Assembly (NCBI GenBank): GCA_963664825.1
Contig: OY761614.1
Span: 2,176,001-2,240,000, forward strand
Length of the DNA stretch: 64,000 bases
From: an uncultured Holophaga sp.
GTDB lineage: Bacteria > Acidobacteriota > Holophagae > Holophagales > Holophagaceae
Direction: 5' to 3'
Shown: positions 19,210 through 29,426 of the stretch, piece by piece
Numbering within the stretch: the stretch's first letter is position 1
How the letters are laid out: each line of letters begins with the position of its first letter
The notes under the pieces: model-generated
Seen by the model: the letters and a program-made list of their open reading frames with translations, nothing else
Told to the model about the DNA's origin: nothing
Database searches by the model: none
Program-made: the position numbers and the translations under genes

Positions 19210-20166
19210 TCAGGGGCGAGGCACGGCTCCGACCAGGGCACGGATGACTTCGTCGGTACTGACCCCATCAGCCTCAGCCTCATAGGTGAGGAGGAGCCGG
19301 TGGCGCAGGACGTCCGGCGCCAGGGCGAGGATATCGTCGGGCAGCACGTGATCCCGGCTCGAGATGAGGGCCAGGGCCTTGGAGGCGTTTTGCAGGGCCA
19401 GGGAGGCTCTGGGACTGGCCCCGCAGCGCAGCAGTTCCCGGCCCTTCCAGGCCTTGCCGTGGCCGGGGCGGGTGGCCTGCACCAGGCGCACGATGTAGTC
19501 CCGGATGGCCTCGTCCAGGCGCACCTGGGAGGCCAGGCGCGCTGCCTGCTGGACCATCCCTGCGTCCAGCACGGGCTGAACCGCTTCTTCATGGCCATCG
19601 GCCCGGCGCAGCACCTCGATCTCCTCGGTCTGAGAGGGGTAGTCGATCTTGAGCTTGAAGAGGAAGCGGTCCATCTGGGCTTCCGGCAGGGCGAAGGTGC
19701 CCTCCTGTTCCAGGGGGTTCTGGGTGGCCAGCACCAGGAACGGATCCGGCAGCTTGAAGCTCTCTTCGCCCAGCGTCACCTGGCGCTCCTCCATGGCCTC
19801 CAGCAGGGCCGCCTGCACCTTGCTGGGGGCCCGGTTGATCTCATCGGCCAGGAGCAGATTGGCGAATATGGGCCCCTTCTTGGGAGTGAAACTGAGATTG
19901 CGGGGATCGAAGACCAGGGTGCCCACCACGTCCGAGGGCAGCAGATCCGGGGTGAACTGGATGCGGCGGAATTCCATATTGCTGGCCGCCGCTAGCGTCT
20001 TGACCGTGCGGGTCTTGGCCAGTCCCGGCAGGCCCTCCAGGAGCACATGGCCCCGGCACAGGAGGGCCAGGAGCAGGCGATTGAGCAGATGGGGCTGGCC
20101 CACGATGACCTTGCGGCACTCGATGAGCAGGGTTTGAAGGGGAGGGGCTGGAGTCGCGTGGGCCAT
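19210..20166 (-). CDS. moxR: MoxR family AAA+ ATPase
   Basis: GLPGLAKT, RIQFTPDLLPSD, LADEINRA, LPEAQMDRF. Confidence 0.95.
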   Translation of the reverse strand: MAHATPAPPLQTLLIECRKVIVGQPHLLNRLLLALLCRGHVLLEGLPGLAKTRTVKTLAAASNMEFRRIQFTPDLLPSDVVGTLVFDPRNLSFTPKKGPIFANLLLADEINRAPSKVQAALLEAMEERQVTLGEESFKLPDPFLVLATQNPLEQEGTFALPEAQMDRFLFKLKIDYPSQTEEIEVLRRADGHEEAVQPVLDAGMVQQAARLASQVRLDEAIRDYIVRLVQATRPGHGKAWKGRELLRCGASPRASLALQNASKALALISSRDHVLPDDILALAPDVLRHRLLLTYEAEADGVSTDEVIRALVGAVPRP

Positions 20167-20275
20167 GTGGGTTCCGGAGTTCAGACCATGATGCCAGCGA
20201 AAGCGGGCGCAAGGCAGGGAAGACACAGAACGAACAGGGATCTCCGGGGCAGGGGCTCCACGGAGCGCCGCGAAT

Positions 20276-22192
20276 TCAGGGCTTGGCCTTTGAGCCCTTC
20301 TCCAGGCGCGTCTGGATGACTTCCATCTCGCCCACTAGGCGATCGAAGGCCTTCAGGGCCTCTTCCACCGGCTTGGGGGTATTGAAGTCCACGCCGGCTT
20401 CCCGCAGGGTGTCCAGGGGGAAGCGGCTATTGCCCGCCTGGAGGAACTTGATGTAGCGGGCCCGGGCCGGTTCGCCTTCCTTCAGGACGGCTTCCGTGAG
20501 GGCCATGGAGGCCGCCATGCTGGTGGCGTATTGGAAGACGTAGAAGTCCATGTAGAAGTGGGGGATCGAGCTCCACTCGGTCTGGATGTAATCGTCCACC
20601 TTCACCACGCCCTGGTCGTGGCCGTAGTAGAGGCGGGTGAGTTCCAGGTACTTCCGGTTCAGCCATTCGGGCGACAGGCTCTGTCCCTTTTCCGCCTGTT
20701 CGTGCATGGCCAATTCGAAGTCCGCGAAGAGGCCCTGGCGGTAGAGGGTGCCCCGCAGCTGCTCCACATAGCTATCCAACACGTAGAGCTTGAAGGCGTC
20801 CGAGGCGTCCGTCTTCAGGAGGTGGTGCATGAGGAGGTTCTCGTTGAAGGTGCTGGCAATCTCGGCCAGGAAGGTGGGGTAGTTGGCCGTGGGGAAGGGC
20901 TGGGCGGCGTCCGAGTGGACGGAGTGCATGGAATGGCCCAGCTCGTGGGCCAGGGTGGAGACGCCGTTGTAAGTGCCGTCGTAGTTCAGCTTGACGTAGG
21001 GATGGAAGCCGTAGGTGGAGTCCGTGGAGTAGGCGCCGGATTGCTTGCCCTTGTTGGGGTAGACATCCACCCAGCGGTTGGAAAGGGCCGCATTCAGGTG
21101 CTTGGCGTAGTCGGGTCCGAGGGGGGCCGTGGCCTTGAGCACCAAGTCCTGGGCCTGGTCATAGGTGAAGACCCGGTTCACGGAGGCCACCGCGGAAGCG
21201 TAGATGTCGCCGTAGTGCATCTCCTGGAGGCCCAGCATTCGCTTGCGGAGGCGCAGGAGCCGATGCAGGGGGCCCAGGTTGGCCTTCACGGTGGACACCA
21301 GGTTGCGGTAGACCGAAGGATCGATGGCGTTGGGGAAGAGGGAGGCCTCCAGGCAGCTACCGTAGCCGTGGACCCGGGCGTCGAAGATGTGGGTCTTCAC
21401 GTTGGCGTCCATGAGGGCGGCCTGGGTGTTCTCGAAGGCCTTCTGGCCCGTCCAGTAGGCTTCCATCACGTTGCGGCGGTCTTCCATGACCTTGGAGCCC
21501 CGGAGCCTCTGGTAGGTGGCGGTATTGAGGACGACCTTCTCGCCGGTGGAAAGCGTGAGGGTGGGCCTGGGCATATCCATATCGTTGAGGATGCCGGAGG
21601 CCTTGGAGGGGCCGTCGGCAAAGGAGGCGGCCAGGGCCGCCACCCTTTCTTCCCCTGCGGGAATGACGTGGTTCCTCATGCGGAGCACCCGCAGGAGCCC
21701 CACCCGGAAGGGTGCCAGCCGGGGCTCGGCCTGGAGGTAGGCCTCCACCTTTGCCTGTCCCAGGGCCAGCACATCGGGATCCATGAATGTGAGCCTGGAG
21801 GCCAGCGTCACGCCCAGGTCCTGGGCCTCTCCCTTCATGGACTGGAACAGGGAATCGGACATATCCATGTCGCTCTGGAGGCTGGCATAGGCGCCCAGGC
21901 GCTGAACCCGCTGCTGGATGGCGGCATTCCATTCCAGGAGATCGGCCATGGCCTTGGGGGAGGCCGTCCAGCGCTGGGCGAGGCCTTCCAGGTTGCCAAG
22001 CGCGGCCTTCAGGGCTCCCAGTTCCTTCCGCCAGGCCTCCTGAGAGGGATAGATATCCGTGAACCGGCCCTTGAAGGCTTCGGGCACCTGGGCGCGTTCG
22101 GTGCCGGAATAATCCGGCACCTGCTTGGCGTCCTGGGCCTGGAGGGCCGCGAGGGTGAGGGCGAGGGAGAGACCGGATCGAATCAGACTCAT
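20276..22192 (-). CDS. pepF: Oligoendopeptidase F (M3B) with signal peptide
   Basis: AHELGHSMH, AEIAST, PHFY; N-terminal signal peptide. Confidence 0.92.
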   Translation of the reverse strand: MSLIRSGLSLALTLAALQAQDAKQVPDYSGTERAQVPEAFKGRFTDIYPSQEAWRKELGALKAALGNLEGLAQRWTASPKAMADLLEWNAAIQQRVQRLGAYASLQSDMDMSDSLFQSMKGEAQDLGVTLASRLTFMDPDVLALGQAKVEAYLQAEPRLAPFRVGLLRVLRMRNHVIPAGEERVAALAASFADGPSKASGILNDMDMPRPTLTLSTGEKVVLNTATYQRLRGSKVMEDRRNVMEAYWTGQKAFENTQAALMDANVKTHIFDARVHGYGSCLEASLFPNAIDPSVYRNLVSTVKANLGPLHRLLRLRKRMLGLQEMHYGDIYASAVASVNRVFTYDQAQDLVLKATAPLGPDYAKHLNAALSNRWVDVYPNKGKQSGAYSTDSTYGFHPYVKLNYDGTYNGVSTLAHELGHSMHSVHSDAAQPFPTANYPTFLAEIASTFNENLLMHHLLKTDASDAFKLYVLDSYVEQLRGTLYRQGLFADFELAMHEQAEKGQSLSPEWLNRKYLELTRLYYGHDQGVVKVDDYIQTEWSSIPHFYMDFYVFQYATSMAASMALTEAVLKEGEPARARYIKFLQAGNSRFPLDTLREAGVDFNTPKPVEEALKAFDRLVGEMEVIQTRLEKGSKAKP

Positions 22193-22205
22193 GGAAGCTC
22201 CAGGT

Positions 22206-22994
22206 TCAGAATGTGGATTGGATGATGCCGCCGTCCACCTGCAGGGAGGCGCCGCTGATATAGGAGGCCCGCTCACTGCACAGGAAGGCTATGGTATCGC
22301 CGATCTCTTCGGGTCGGCCCATGCGGCCCATGGGGATGGAGGCCGCCGTGCGGGCGAAATAGTCCTCCAGGCCGATGCCTTCGGCCTTGGCCCTCAGCTC
22401 CCCCAGGTGGATCTGGCGGTCCGTCAGGATATGGCCGGGCAGCAGCGCGTTGACGGTGATGCCATCCCCGGCCGTCTCCCGGGAGAGGGTCTTGGTGAGT
22501 CCGGAGAGCCCCGCGCGCAGCGTGGAACTGAGGGTGAGGTCCAGGGAGGGCTGCTTGGCCACCAGGCTCGTGATATGGACGATGCGGCCCCAGCCGCGGC
22601 TGCGCATCCCGGGTAGCGCCAGGCGGCAGAGGCGCACCACGTTCATCAGCGTGGATTGGACGCCCGAGGCCCAATCGGCTTCAGTGAGCCCTTGGAAGGC
22701 GGCGGCCTTGGGTCCGCCGGTATTGGTGACGAGGATCTCCACGGGGCCCAGGCTCTCCACGGTCTCCTGGTACCAGGCCTGGAGCTCTTCCATCTGACTC
22801 ACATCGCAGGGCATGGCCAGCACCTGGACGCCCAGGGCCTCCAATTCCCGCCGGGCGGAGTCCAGGTGCTCCAGGCTCCGCCCGCAGATCGAGACCCGGC
22901 AGCCTTCACGGGCCAGGGAAAGCGCCGCGGCCTTGCCGAGCCCCTTGCTGGCCGCCGCCACCATCGCCACACGGTTCGAAATGCCGAGATCCAT
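22206..22994 (-). CDS. SDR family oxidoreductase
   Basis: AASKGLG, VTNTGGP, GRPEEIG, VDGG. Confidence 0.92.
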   Translation of the reverse strand: MDLGISNRVAMVAAASKGLGKAAALSLAREGCRVSICGRSLEHLDSARRELEALGVQVLAMPCDVSQMEELQAWYQETVESLGPVEILVTNTGGPKAAAFQGLTEADWASGVQSTLMNVVRLCRLALPGMRSRGWGRIVHITSLVAKQPSLDLTLSSTLRAGLSGLTKTLSRETAGDGITVNALLPGHILTDRQIHLGELRAKAEGIGLEDYFARTAASIPMGRMGRPEEIGDTIAFLCSERASYISGASLQVDGGIIQSTF

Positions 22995-23022
22995 GGGGAA
23001 CTCCAAGGTTCGTACAGGTTAA

Positions 23023-23054
23023 CAAAAGGCCTCCGCGCTTGCGGAGGCCTTTTG
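23023..23054. terminator. Bidirectional-type intrinsic terminator
   Basis: caaaaggcctccgc-gctt-gcggaggccttttg. Confidence 0.85.
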
Positions 23055-23068
23055 TCAGAGCATGGGCA

Positions 23069-24457
23069 TCAGTGCTTCTGGTTGGGCAGTTCCAGGCCGT
23101 AGCCCTTCTTCTTATCCTCGGCCTTGAGCAGCAGGGCGAAGACGATGGCCAGGGCGCCGAAGCCCGTGAAGATGATCATGGGTAGCGTGTAATCGAAGCC
23201 TTGGGTCCCATTCAACAGGTTCACGCGGCAGAACCGATCCTTGACCCAGCCGATGAGCATGGGGGCGCCCATGAGGGCCACCAGGTTCTGCATGAAGAAA
23301 ATGAGGGCGTAGGCTGTGCCCAGCTGGCGTTCGGGGATGATCTTGGGCACCGAGGGCCACATGGCGGAGGGCACCAGGGAGAAACCAACGCCCAGGAGCA
23401 TCATGGCGGCCACTGCGATCAGCCAATGGTGCAGGAAGGGCAGGGCGAAGATCACATGCACGAACATGATGAGCACGGAGCCCAGGATCATGATCGAGGC
23501 GCCCTTGCCCTTCTTGTCGTAGATGCCGCCGAAGGTGGGCGTCAAGAAGATGGTGCCGAAGGGCAGGAGCATGGGAATGAGCCCGGCCATGCCGCTGGGG
23601 ACAGCGTACTTCTCGATCATCAGGCTTGTGGCGAATTTGAGGAAGGGGAAGACGGCCGAATAGAAGAGCGCGCAGAGGATGGCGACGTACCAGAAGCCCT
23701 TGTTGCCAAGAATGGAGAAGATGTCCGAGATGCGGAATTGGTCTTCGGGGTTCGCGCCGGTGACGCCATCGGGGTCGGAGGCATCCAGCTTCTTGTCCAT
23801 GCTCATGTAGAAGAAGAAGGCCACCAAGCCGATTCCCAGGAGCAAGCCACCCGCCAGGATGGGGACGGCCAGACCGAACCTCTTGGCGATGGGGAGAGTC
23901 ACGCCGTAGGCCAGGCCTGTGCCGATGCGGGCAATGGCCACCTGCAGGCCCATGGCCAGGGCGATTTCATAGCCCTTGAACCATTTCACGATGATCTTGG
24001 TGGCGGTGATACCACAGAGTTCGATACCCATGCCGAAGATGGCGAAGCCAATGGAGGCCAGCAGGACCTGCCAGGGAAGAGAGATGGTCCAGTGCCAGAT
24101 ATGCAGGGTGCACTGGCTCGCGCCGAGGGTGTGGGTATTGATCGCCCACCATTTCAGGCCGCAGCCCAACACCATGAGAATGGAAGCCAGCAGGCCCGCA
24201 AAGCGGGGGCCCTTCTTGTCCAGGATGATGCCGCCAATGACCAGCATCCCGAGGAACACGTTAAACCAGCCGTAGGCCCCGGTGAAAATCCCGTAGTGAG
24301 AGGGGGTCCAATGGAGCTGGGTGTAGAGCAGGTCCTCCAGGGGGGCGGCCACATCGGCCACGAAGTAGCCGCATAACATCGTGAACGAGATCACCGCCAT
24401 GGCGGTCCAGCGGGCCGCTGCGGATTCTCGAAGGGATTTTTTGATGGCTTCTACCAT
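23069..24457 (-). CDS. MFS transporter
   Basis: 12 TM-like segments; GGIILDKKG and GGIYDKKG motif-A variants. Confidence 0.9.
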   Translation of the reverse strand: MVEAIKKSLRESAAARWTAMAVISFTMLCGYFVADVAAPLEDLLYTQLHWTPSHYGIFTGAYGWFNVFLGMLVIGGIILDKKGPRFAGLLASILMVLGCGLKWWAINTHTLGASQCTLHIWHWTISLPWQVLLASIGFAIFGMGIELCGITATKIIVKWFKGYEIALAMGLQVAIARIGTGLAYGVTLPIAKRFGLAVPILAGGLLLGIGLVAFFFYMSMDKKLDASDPDGVTGANPEDQFRISDIFSILGNKGFWYVAILCALFYSAVFPFLKFATSLMIEKYAVPSGMAGLIPMLLPFGTIFLTPTFGGIYDKKGKGASIMILGSVLIMFVHVIFALPFLHHWLIAVAAMMLLGVGFSLVPSAMWPSVPKIIPERQLGTAYALIFFMQNLVALMGAPMLIGWVKDRFCRVNLLNGTQGFDYTLPMIIFTGFGALAIVFALLLKAEDKKKGYGLELPNQKH

Positions 24458-24618
24458 GATTATTCCTGGATGAAGGGTTTGGGGGCTAAAGGTTGGCACA
24501 GGCGTGCCCGGGCACACGGAACCGTGCCCGCGAGGCTTTAGCGTACCTCAGATTCTTCTTCCCGGGGACCCGCCTTTCCGCTTGGCGCAAAAGGCGATAT
24601 GTCCTCATCCTAGGTGTC

Positions 24619-25428
24619 ATGCTGCCCCTCATGATTCCTCCGGCCCTGGTTCAGGACGTTTCCACGCCTCCGCCGGGAGTCGATCTGCCCGCCACCCTTG
24701 CCTGGAAGCCCGGGAGCCTCGAGTTCTGGCCCTTTGACGACGAGCGCTTCGAGATGAGGTCCACCCGGCAGAAGGGGCCCCTTTTCGTCACCGTCGAGGG
24801 GCGGGTGTGGCGTTTTTCGCTCATCGCCTCGGAGGGGCGGGTTGGCTATTTGACCCTGACCCAGCGATTAAAGGCCGCCCTGGAAGCCGCGGGTTGGGTC
24901 TGGCAGCTGGAAGAGCGGGGCGTGGCCCGGCGGGAGACGGGGGGGCAGGATCTCTGGCTGCACTTCTCGGCGGCCAACAGCGGCGAAGTGAAGATGGCGG
25001 TGGTGGAGCGGCGGGAACCCCGGCCCTTCACGCTCCCCCAGCCCGGCAAGGTGTGTGAACGGCCCAAGGCCCAGGAGGACTTCCCCTACTTGCCGCCCTG
25101 GCCGGGTGCGAAGATTACCCGCTGTGCCGATACCCCGGCCCCTGTGGCGGTGGATCTGGCCACGGGCAAGCCGGGCCTGGTAAATGTCAATTTCGTCGAA
25201 AAGGAATACGAACTGGCCGCACCGGTCTCGGCCCACGAATTCCTCACGGTCTACACCAAGGCCCTCCTGGACGCGGGGTGGGAGATCGAGGGCCGCTTCC
25301 GGGGCAAGCTCATCCAGATCCAGGCGGTCTATTCCCGGGATAACCGGGATATCCGGGCCACGCTGAGGCTCCTGGGAGATGCCATGGCCATTTCCGTGGC
25401 CGACGTGGGGGCCCAGCGCCCGAAGTGA
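24619..25428 (+). CDS. Hypothetical exported protein with two related alpha/beta repeats
   Basis: Long ORF with repeated ALxxAGW motif; start uncertain. Confidence 0.6.
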   Translation: MLPLMIPPALVQDVSTPPPGVDLPATLAWKPGSLEFWPFDDERFEMRSTRQKGPLFVTVEGRVWRFSLIASEGRVGYLTLTQRLKAALEAAGWVWQLEERGVARRETGGQDLWLHFSAANSGEVKMAVVERREPRPFTLPQPGKVCERPKAQEDFPYLPPWPGAKITRCADTPAPVAVDLATGKPGLVNVNFVEKEYELAAPVSAHEFLTVYTKALLDAGWEIEGRFRGKLIQIQAVYSRDNRDIRATLRLLGDAMAISVADVGAQRPK

Positions 25429-25456
25429 AGGGTGGCTGCTCCCGCATGAGATCCCA

Positions 25457-27664
25457 ATGAAGAAACTCGTCAAACTCCTGGGCTCCCCGAGACTGGCGGT
25501 GATCCTGCTGGTGCTCCTGGTTCTCGGGCTTTCGCTAGGGACGATCGTGGAGGCCCGTGCCAGCGCCGAGGCTGCGGGGCGCCTGGTCTACCATGCCGGG
25601 TGGTTCCTGGCCCTGCAGGGGCTCTTGGGGATCCTGGTGGCGTTGGCCTTCCCCTGGGGGAAGAAGCGCATCGCCTTGGCGCTCATCCACGCTGCCCTGC
25701 TCCTGATCCTCGCCGGCGCGGCCCTCACCTTCTGCTTCAAGGTGGAGGGGAGTCTCGGCCTCTGGGAGGGCGATAGCGCGTCGCTCATCGAGCGCCACGA
25801 TGCTCAAGGGCGGGTGCTCTCCAGGCACAAGCTGCCCTTCTCCGTGCGGCTCGATGCTTTCGTACTCGACACCTATCCGGGCACCCAGCGCCCGGCGGGT
25901 TTCATGAGCCTGGTGCAGATCACGGATCGGGACACGGGCAGGACCTTCCCGGCCCGGATCTGGATGAACCACGAGCTGCATTACCGGGGCTACGCCCTCT
26001 TCCAGTCGGGCTTCGAACAGGAAGGTGGGCGCCGAGCCTCGGTCCTATTGGTGTCCAGGGATCCCGGCCAGCACCTGGTCTTCGCCGGTTTCATCGCGCT
26101 GCTCCTGGGCATGCTCGCTGCGTGTTTCCGACGCTTTCCGCGCATTCCCCGAGGCCGAATCCGGAATCTAACCGTTGGGGCGCTCCTCCTGATGTGCGCC
26201 ACTGTTGGGAAGGCTCAAGGGGCCGATCTGCGGCGCCTGCCCGTCCAGCATGATGGTCGCGTCATGGCCTTCGATACCCTGGCCCGGGAGACGGTCTGGA
26301 CCCTCACGGGGGGCCGCACTTGGAAGGGCCAGGGCTCGGCGGCCACGATGACGGAATGGCTGGTGGACCCGGAGGCCTGCGCAAATGCGCCCATCGTGGA
26401 GGTGGGCTCGAGGGAATTCGCCCAGGCTCTCGGCCTGCCCCCGGGCACGACCCATGGCAGCTTCGTGGAGCTCGTCCGGAATCCGCGGGTGCTGCGCCTG
26501 ATACAGGCCGCCCAGGAGAGCGAAGGCCCCCGCCGGGGCCTGCTCCGGGAAGCCGAGGGGCTCGACAAGCGCTTGATGCTCCTGGACGCCCTTCTGCGGG
26601 GAGAAGCCGTGCGCCCCCTGCCTGTGCCTGGCGATCCTAAGGCCACCTGGGGGGTGCCGGAGACCGGGGAAAGCCTCGCCCAGCTGGCCAGCGGCCCCAG
26701 GCTGGAGGGTTGGCCCTCGCCGACAGATATCGACCGAGAGGTCTTCTACAACCAGTTGAACCCGGTGCGCCTCTCCTGGATCCTCCTGTTGGGCTCCCTC
26801 CTGCTCTCTCTGGCGGCCTGGGTCCGCGGGCAGCGCCTCCTGGACACTCTCGCCTTCGGGGCGCTGATCGCCGGATCCGGGATGATGACCTGGGGGCTCC
26901 TGTTGCGTGGAATGGTCGGAGGGCGCATCCCGGCGGCCAATATGTACGAATCGCTGCTCTTCCTGGGATGGGGCATAGGGTTATTCGGGCTCCTGGCCCA
27001 TCTGGTCCTGAAGAATCGCCTCATCCTGCTGAACGCGGCCTTCATGGCCACCCTCACCATGGCGCTGGTGGATTTCCTGCCCTTGGACCGGTTCATCCAT
27101 CCCATCGCGCCGGTGCTTGCGGGCACGCCCTGGCTCGCCATCCACGTGCCCATCATCATGCTGGGCTACGCCATCCTGACCCTTGGCCTGGTGGCGGCCC
27201 ACATGCAGATCGGCCTGGATATTTTTGCGCCCCGGCGCCTGGAACTGGCCCAGCGGATCGCGGAACTCAACGACGGCTACATCTTCACGGGTTCGATATT
27301 CCTCTTGGCGGGCATCATCACCGGTTCCATGTGGGCGGCCTCCTCCTGGGGCCGCTACTGGGGCTGGGATCCCAAGGAGGTTTGGTCCCTGGTGGCCTTC
27401 CTGGCCTACATGGCCATCCTGCACGCCAGGCGAGGAGCCCTGATCGGGTCGTTCGGCGTGGCCGTCCTCAGCATCGCGGCCTTCCAGACCCTCCTCATGA
27501 CCTACCTGGGGGTCAATTTCGTCCTCTCCACGGGCCTGCATTCCTACGGCATGGGCGATTCCCCCGTCCTGATGGGAATGGGGGTCGTGGCGGGCCTCGA
27601 GGCGAGCTTCCTCCTCTGGGGTCTCCTGGCCCATCGGAAGAAGGTCCGTGTCATTGCACCGTGA
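25457..27664 (+). CDS. ccsA: System II cytochrome c synthase, ResB-ResC (CcsBA/NrfI-like) fusion
   Basis: WMNHEL ResB-like region; WAASSWGRYWGWDPKE WWD motif; GLHSY. Confidence 0.92.
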   Translation: MKKLVKLLGSPRLAVILLVLLVLGLSLGTIVEARASAEAAGRLVYHAGWFLALQGLLGILVALAFPWGKKRIALALIHAALLLILAGAALTFCFKVEGSLGLWEGDSASLIERHDAQGRVLSRHKLPFSVRLDAFVLDTYPGTQRPAGFMSLVQITDRDTGRTFPARIWMNHELHYRGYALFQSGFEQEGGRRASVLLVSRDPGQHLVFAGFIALLLGMLAACFRRFPRIPRGRIRNLTVGALLLMCATVGKAQGADLRRLPVQHDGRVMAFDTLARETVWTLTGGRTWKGQGSAATMTEWLVDPEACANAPIVEVGSREFAQALGLPPGTTHGSFVELVRNPRVLRLIQAAQESEGPRRGLLREAEGLDKRLMLLDALLRGEAVRPLPVPGDPKATWGVPETGESLAQLASGPRLEGWPSPTDIDREVFYNQLNPVRLSWILLLGSLLLSLAAWVRGQRLLDTLAFGALIAGSGMMTWGLLLRGMVGGRIPAANMYESLLFLGWGIGLFGLLAHLVLKNRLILLNAAFMATLTMALVDFLPLDRFIHPIAPVLAGTPWLAIHVPIIMLGYAILTLGLVAAHMQIGLDIFAPRRLELAQRIAELNDGYIFTGSIFLLAGIITGSMWAASSWGRYWGWDPKEVWSLVAFLAYMAILHARRGALIGSFGVAVLSIAAFQTLLMTYLGVNFVLSTGLHSYGMGDSPVLMGMGVVAGLEASFLLWGLLAHRKKVRVIAP

Positions 27665-27719
27665 AGACCGGTCCCGGGCAGGTGCTGGAGGAGGACGTGA
27701 GGTAAACGGCCCCCGTGTC

Positions 27720-29210
27720 CTACCTCTTCGCCGATTTCGTTGAACCCAGGTCCCGCAGGGCGAGCTGGCCCTGGCGGGCGTAGTCAATGGCCTCCCCCAG
27801 GATGCGGGCGGCCTCCTGGGGCGCGTGAAAGCCCATGGAGTTCTCGGCGTTCACGAAATCGAGGCGCCATTGGGCCTTGCGCTGCAGCTCGAAGATGGGC
27901 TGGAGCCTAGTCTCCGGGATGCCGCCCTGCTTGATCTTCTCCAGGTCGCCGATGAGCTGCACGACGGCGTCCTCGGCGCGATCCATGAGGGCCCTCGTGC
28001 GGTCCTGGATGGCCACCACCCGGGCCTTCAGTTCCTCTTCGGGGAAGCGGTGGCAGGTCTGGCAGGAGCGGGAGATATCCAGCAGGGGGCTGCGCACCTG
28101 GTGATCGCTGACCTTGATGGCGCCCTCCCGCATGTAGGGCATGTGGCAATCGGCACAGGCCACGCCGGAACGGGCATGGATGCCCTGGCTCCACATCTCG
28201 AATTCGGGATGCTGGGCCTTGAGCACCTCGGCGCCGCTCTTGCCGTGCTTCCAGTCGAAGAAGCGGTGCCCGTCGGGGAACCGGTACGCCCCGTAGGTGG
28301 CTTCGATCTGCTCGACCTTGAGCCCCTTTTGCCAGGGGAAGAAGAGGGTGGTCTTGGGGCCACAGTAATACTCCACGTGGCATTGACCGCAGGCCATGGA
28401 GCGCAGCTCCTGGCGGGAGGCATCCCGGTTGGCGTCATAGGGAACCGCGCGATCGCCCTTCCGCCACTTCTCAATGGAGGGCAGATGGGGCACGGGTTCC
28501 CCGCTCCGGGCCAGGGCGTCGATGCCGCGGATGAAACCGGGCTTGGTGACCCGCAGCTGCATGCTGGCTGGATCGTGGCAGTCGATGCAGGCCACGGGGT
28601 GCTTCACGAGTTTGAGGGCCTCGCCATAGGGCAGCTTGCAGACGGCCTCGAAGCCCGCCATGAGTTGGGCCTGACCCTCAGGGCTGGTGAAGGGCATTTC
28701 CAGGTTTCCCTTGGCGCCATGTTGAAGGCCCACCTCCCGGAAGGCCAGGGTAGTGGAGGCATGGCAGTGGAGGCAGGATCCGCTCTGGGGACGCTCCGTC
28801 ACCCGCTTGGTGGCCTGCTGGTCCTTGAGCATGTAGGCGTGTCCCTGGCGCTGGTTGAAGTCGATGGCGAAGGCGTATCCATCGAAGATCGACACCAGCC
28901 GGGGATCTTCCAGGATGCGGCTCTTGGGCAGGCCTTCGCTTCCGGCGCCGCCGTAATTGGTGCTGTATTTCTCGGCCGTGCGTTGGTAGGAATCGAATTG
29001 CCGGGGGAAGTTCTTCCCCCATTGGGCGGGGTCGACGGTCTTTTCGTTGAGGTCCACCAGTTTGAGGCTGGTCTGAAGGGCCTCCGTCCTGTGGCTGGAG
29101 ACGCTGGAATACAGCGCCATCACCAGGATGGTGGCCATGGCAGCGGCTGCGGCCACCAGCCCCATCCGCACCAGGGGACGCTTGAGGAAGGATGGGTGGC
29201 TATCGGTCAT
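27720..29210 (-). CDS. nrfA: Ammonia-forming cytochrome c nitrite reductase, CXXCH-type
   Basis: Five CxxCH motifs, CHVEYY, KAQHPEFE, AENSMGFHAP. Confidence 0.93.
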   Translation of the reverse strand: MTDSHPSFLKRPLVRMGLVAAAAAMATILVMALYSSVSSHRTEALQTSLKLVDLNEKTVDPAQWGKNFPRQFDSYQRTAEKYSTNYGGAGSEGLPKSRILEDPRLVSIFDGYAFAIDFNQRQGHAYMLKDQQATKRVTERPQSGSCLHCHASTTLAFREVGLQHGAKGNLEMPFTSPEGQAQLMAGFEAVCKLPYGEALKLVKHPVACIDCHDPASMQLRVTKPGFIRGIDALARSGEPVPHLPSIEKWRKGDRAVPYDANRDASRQELRSMACGQCHVEYYCGPKTTLFFPWQKGLKVEQIEATYGAYRFPDGHRFFDWKHGKSGAEVLKAQHPEFEMWSQGIHARSGVACADCHMPYMREGAIKVSDHQVRSPLLDISRSCQTCHRFPEEELKARVVAIQDRTRALMDRAEDAVVQLIGDLEKIKQGGIPETRLQPIFELQRKAQWRLDFVNAENSMGFHAPQEAARILGEAIDYARQGQLALRDLGSTKSAKR

Positions 29211-29282
29211 GGGTGACCTCCTCCGGAGGCGGGAAGGGGAATGGCTCTACATTGCGGATCAAGAACCGAAAAAAGAACTGAT

Positions 29283-29395
29283 GAACCGCGGAGAACACAG
29301 AGAAAAGACAGGAGAGCGCAGAGAAAGGGAAATGGGGTTCTGCGTTTGGTTGTTCTCTGTGTCCTCATCCTTGTCCTCTGCGCTCTCTGTGGTTC
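29283..29395. repeat. Long imperfect palindrome built from CAGAG units
   Basis: gaaccgcggagaacacagag...agagcgcagagaa / ttctctgtgtcctc...ctctgcgctctctgtggttc. Confidence 0.75.
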
Positions 29396-29426
29396 GCTTT
29401 CGAGCAGGTGGGTCCGGTATCCGGTC

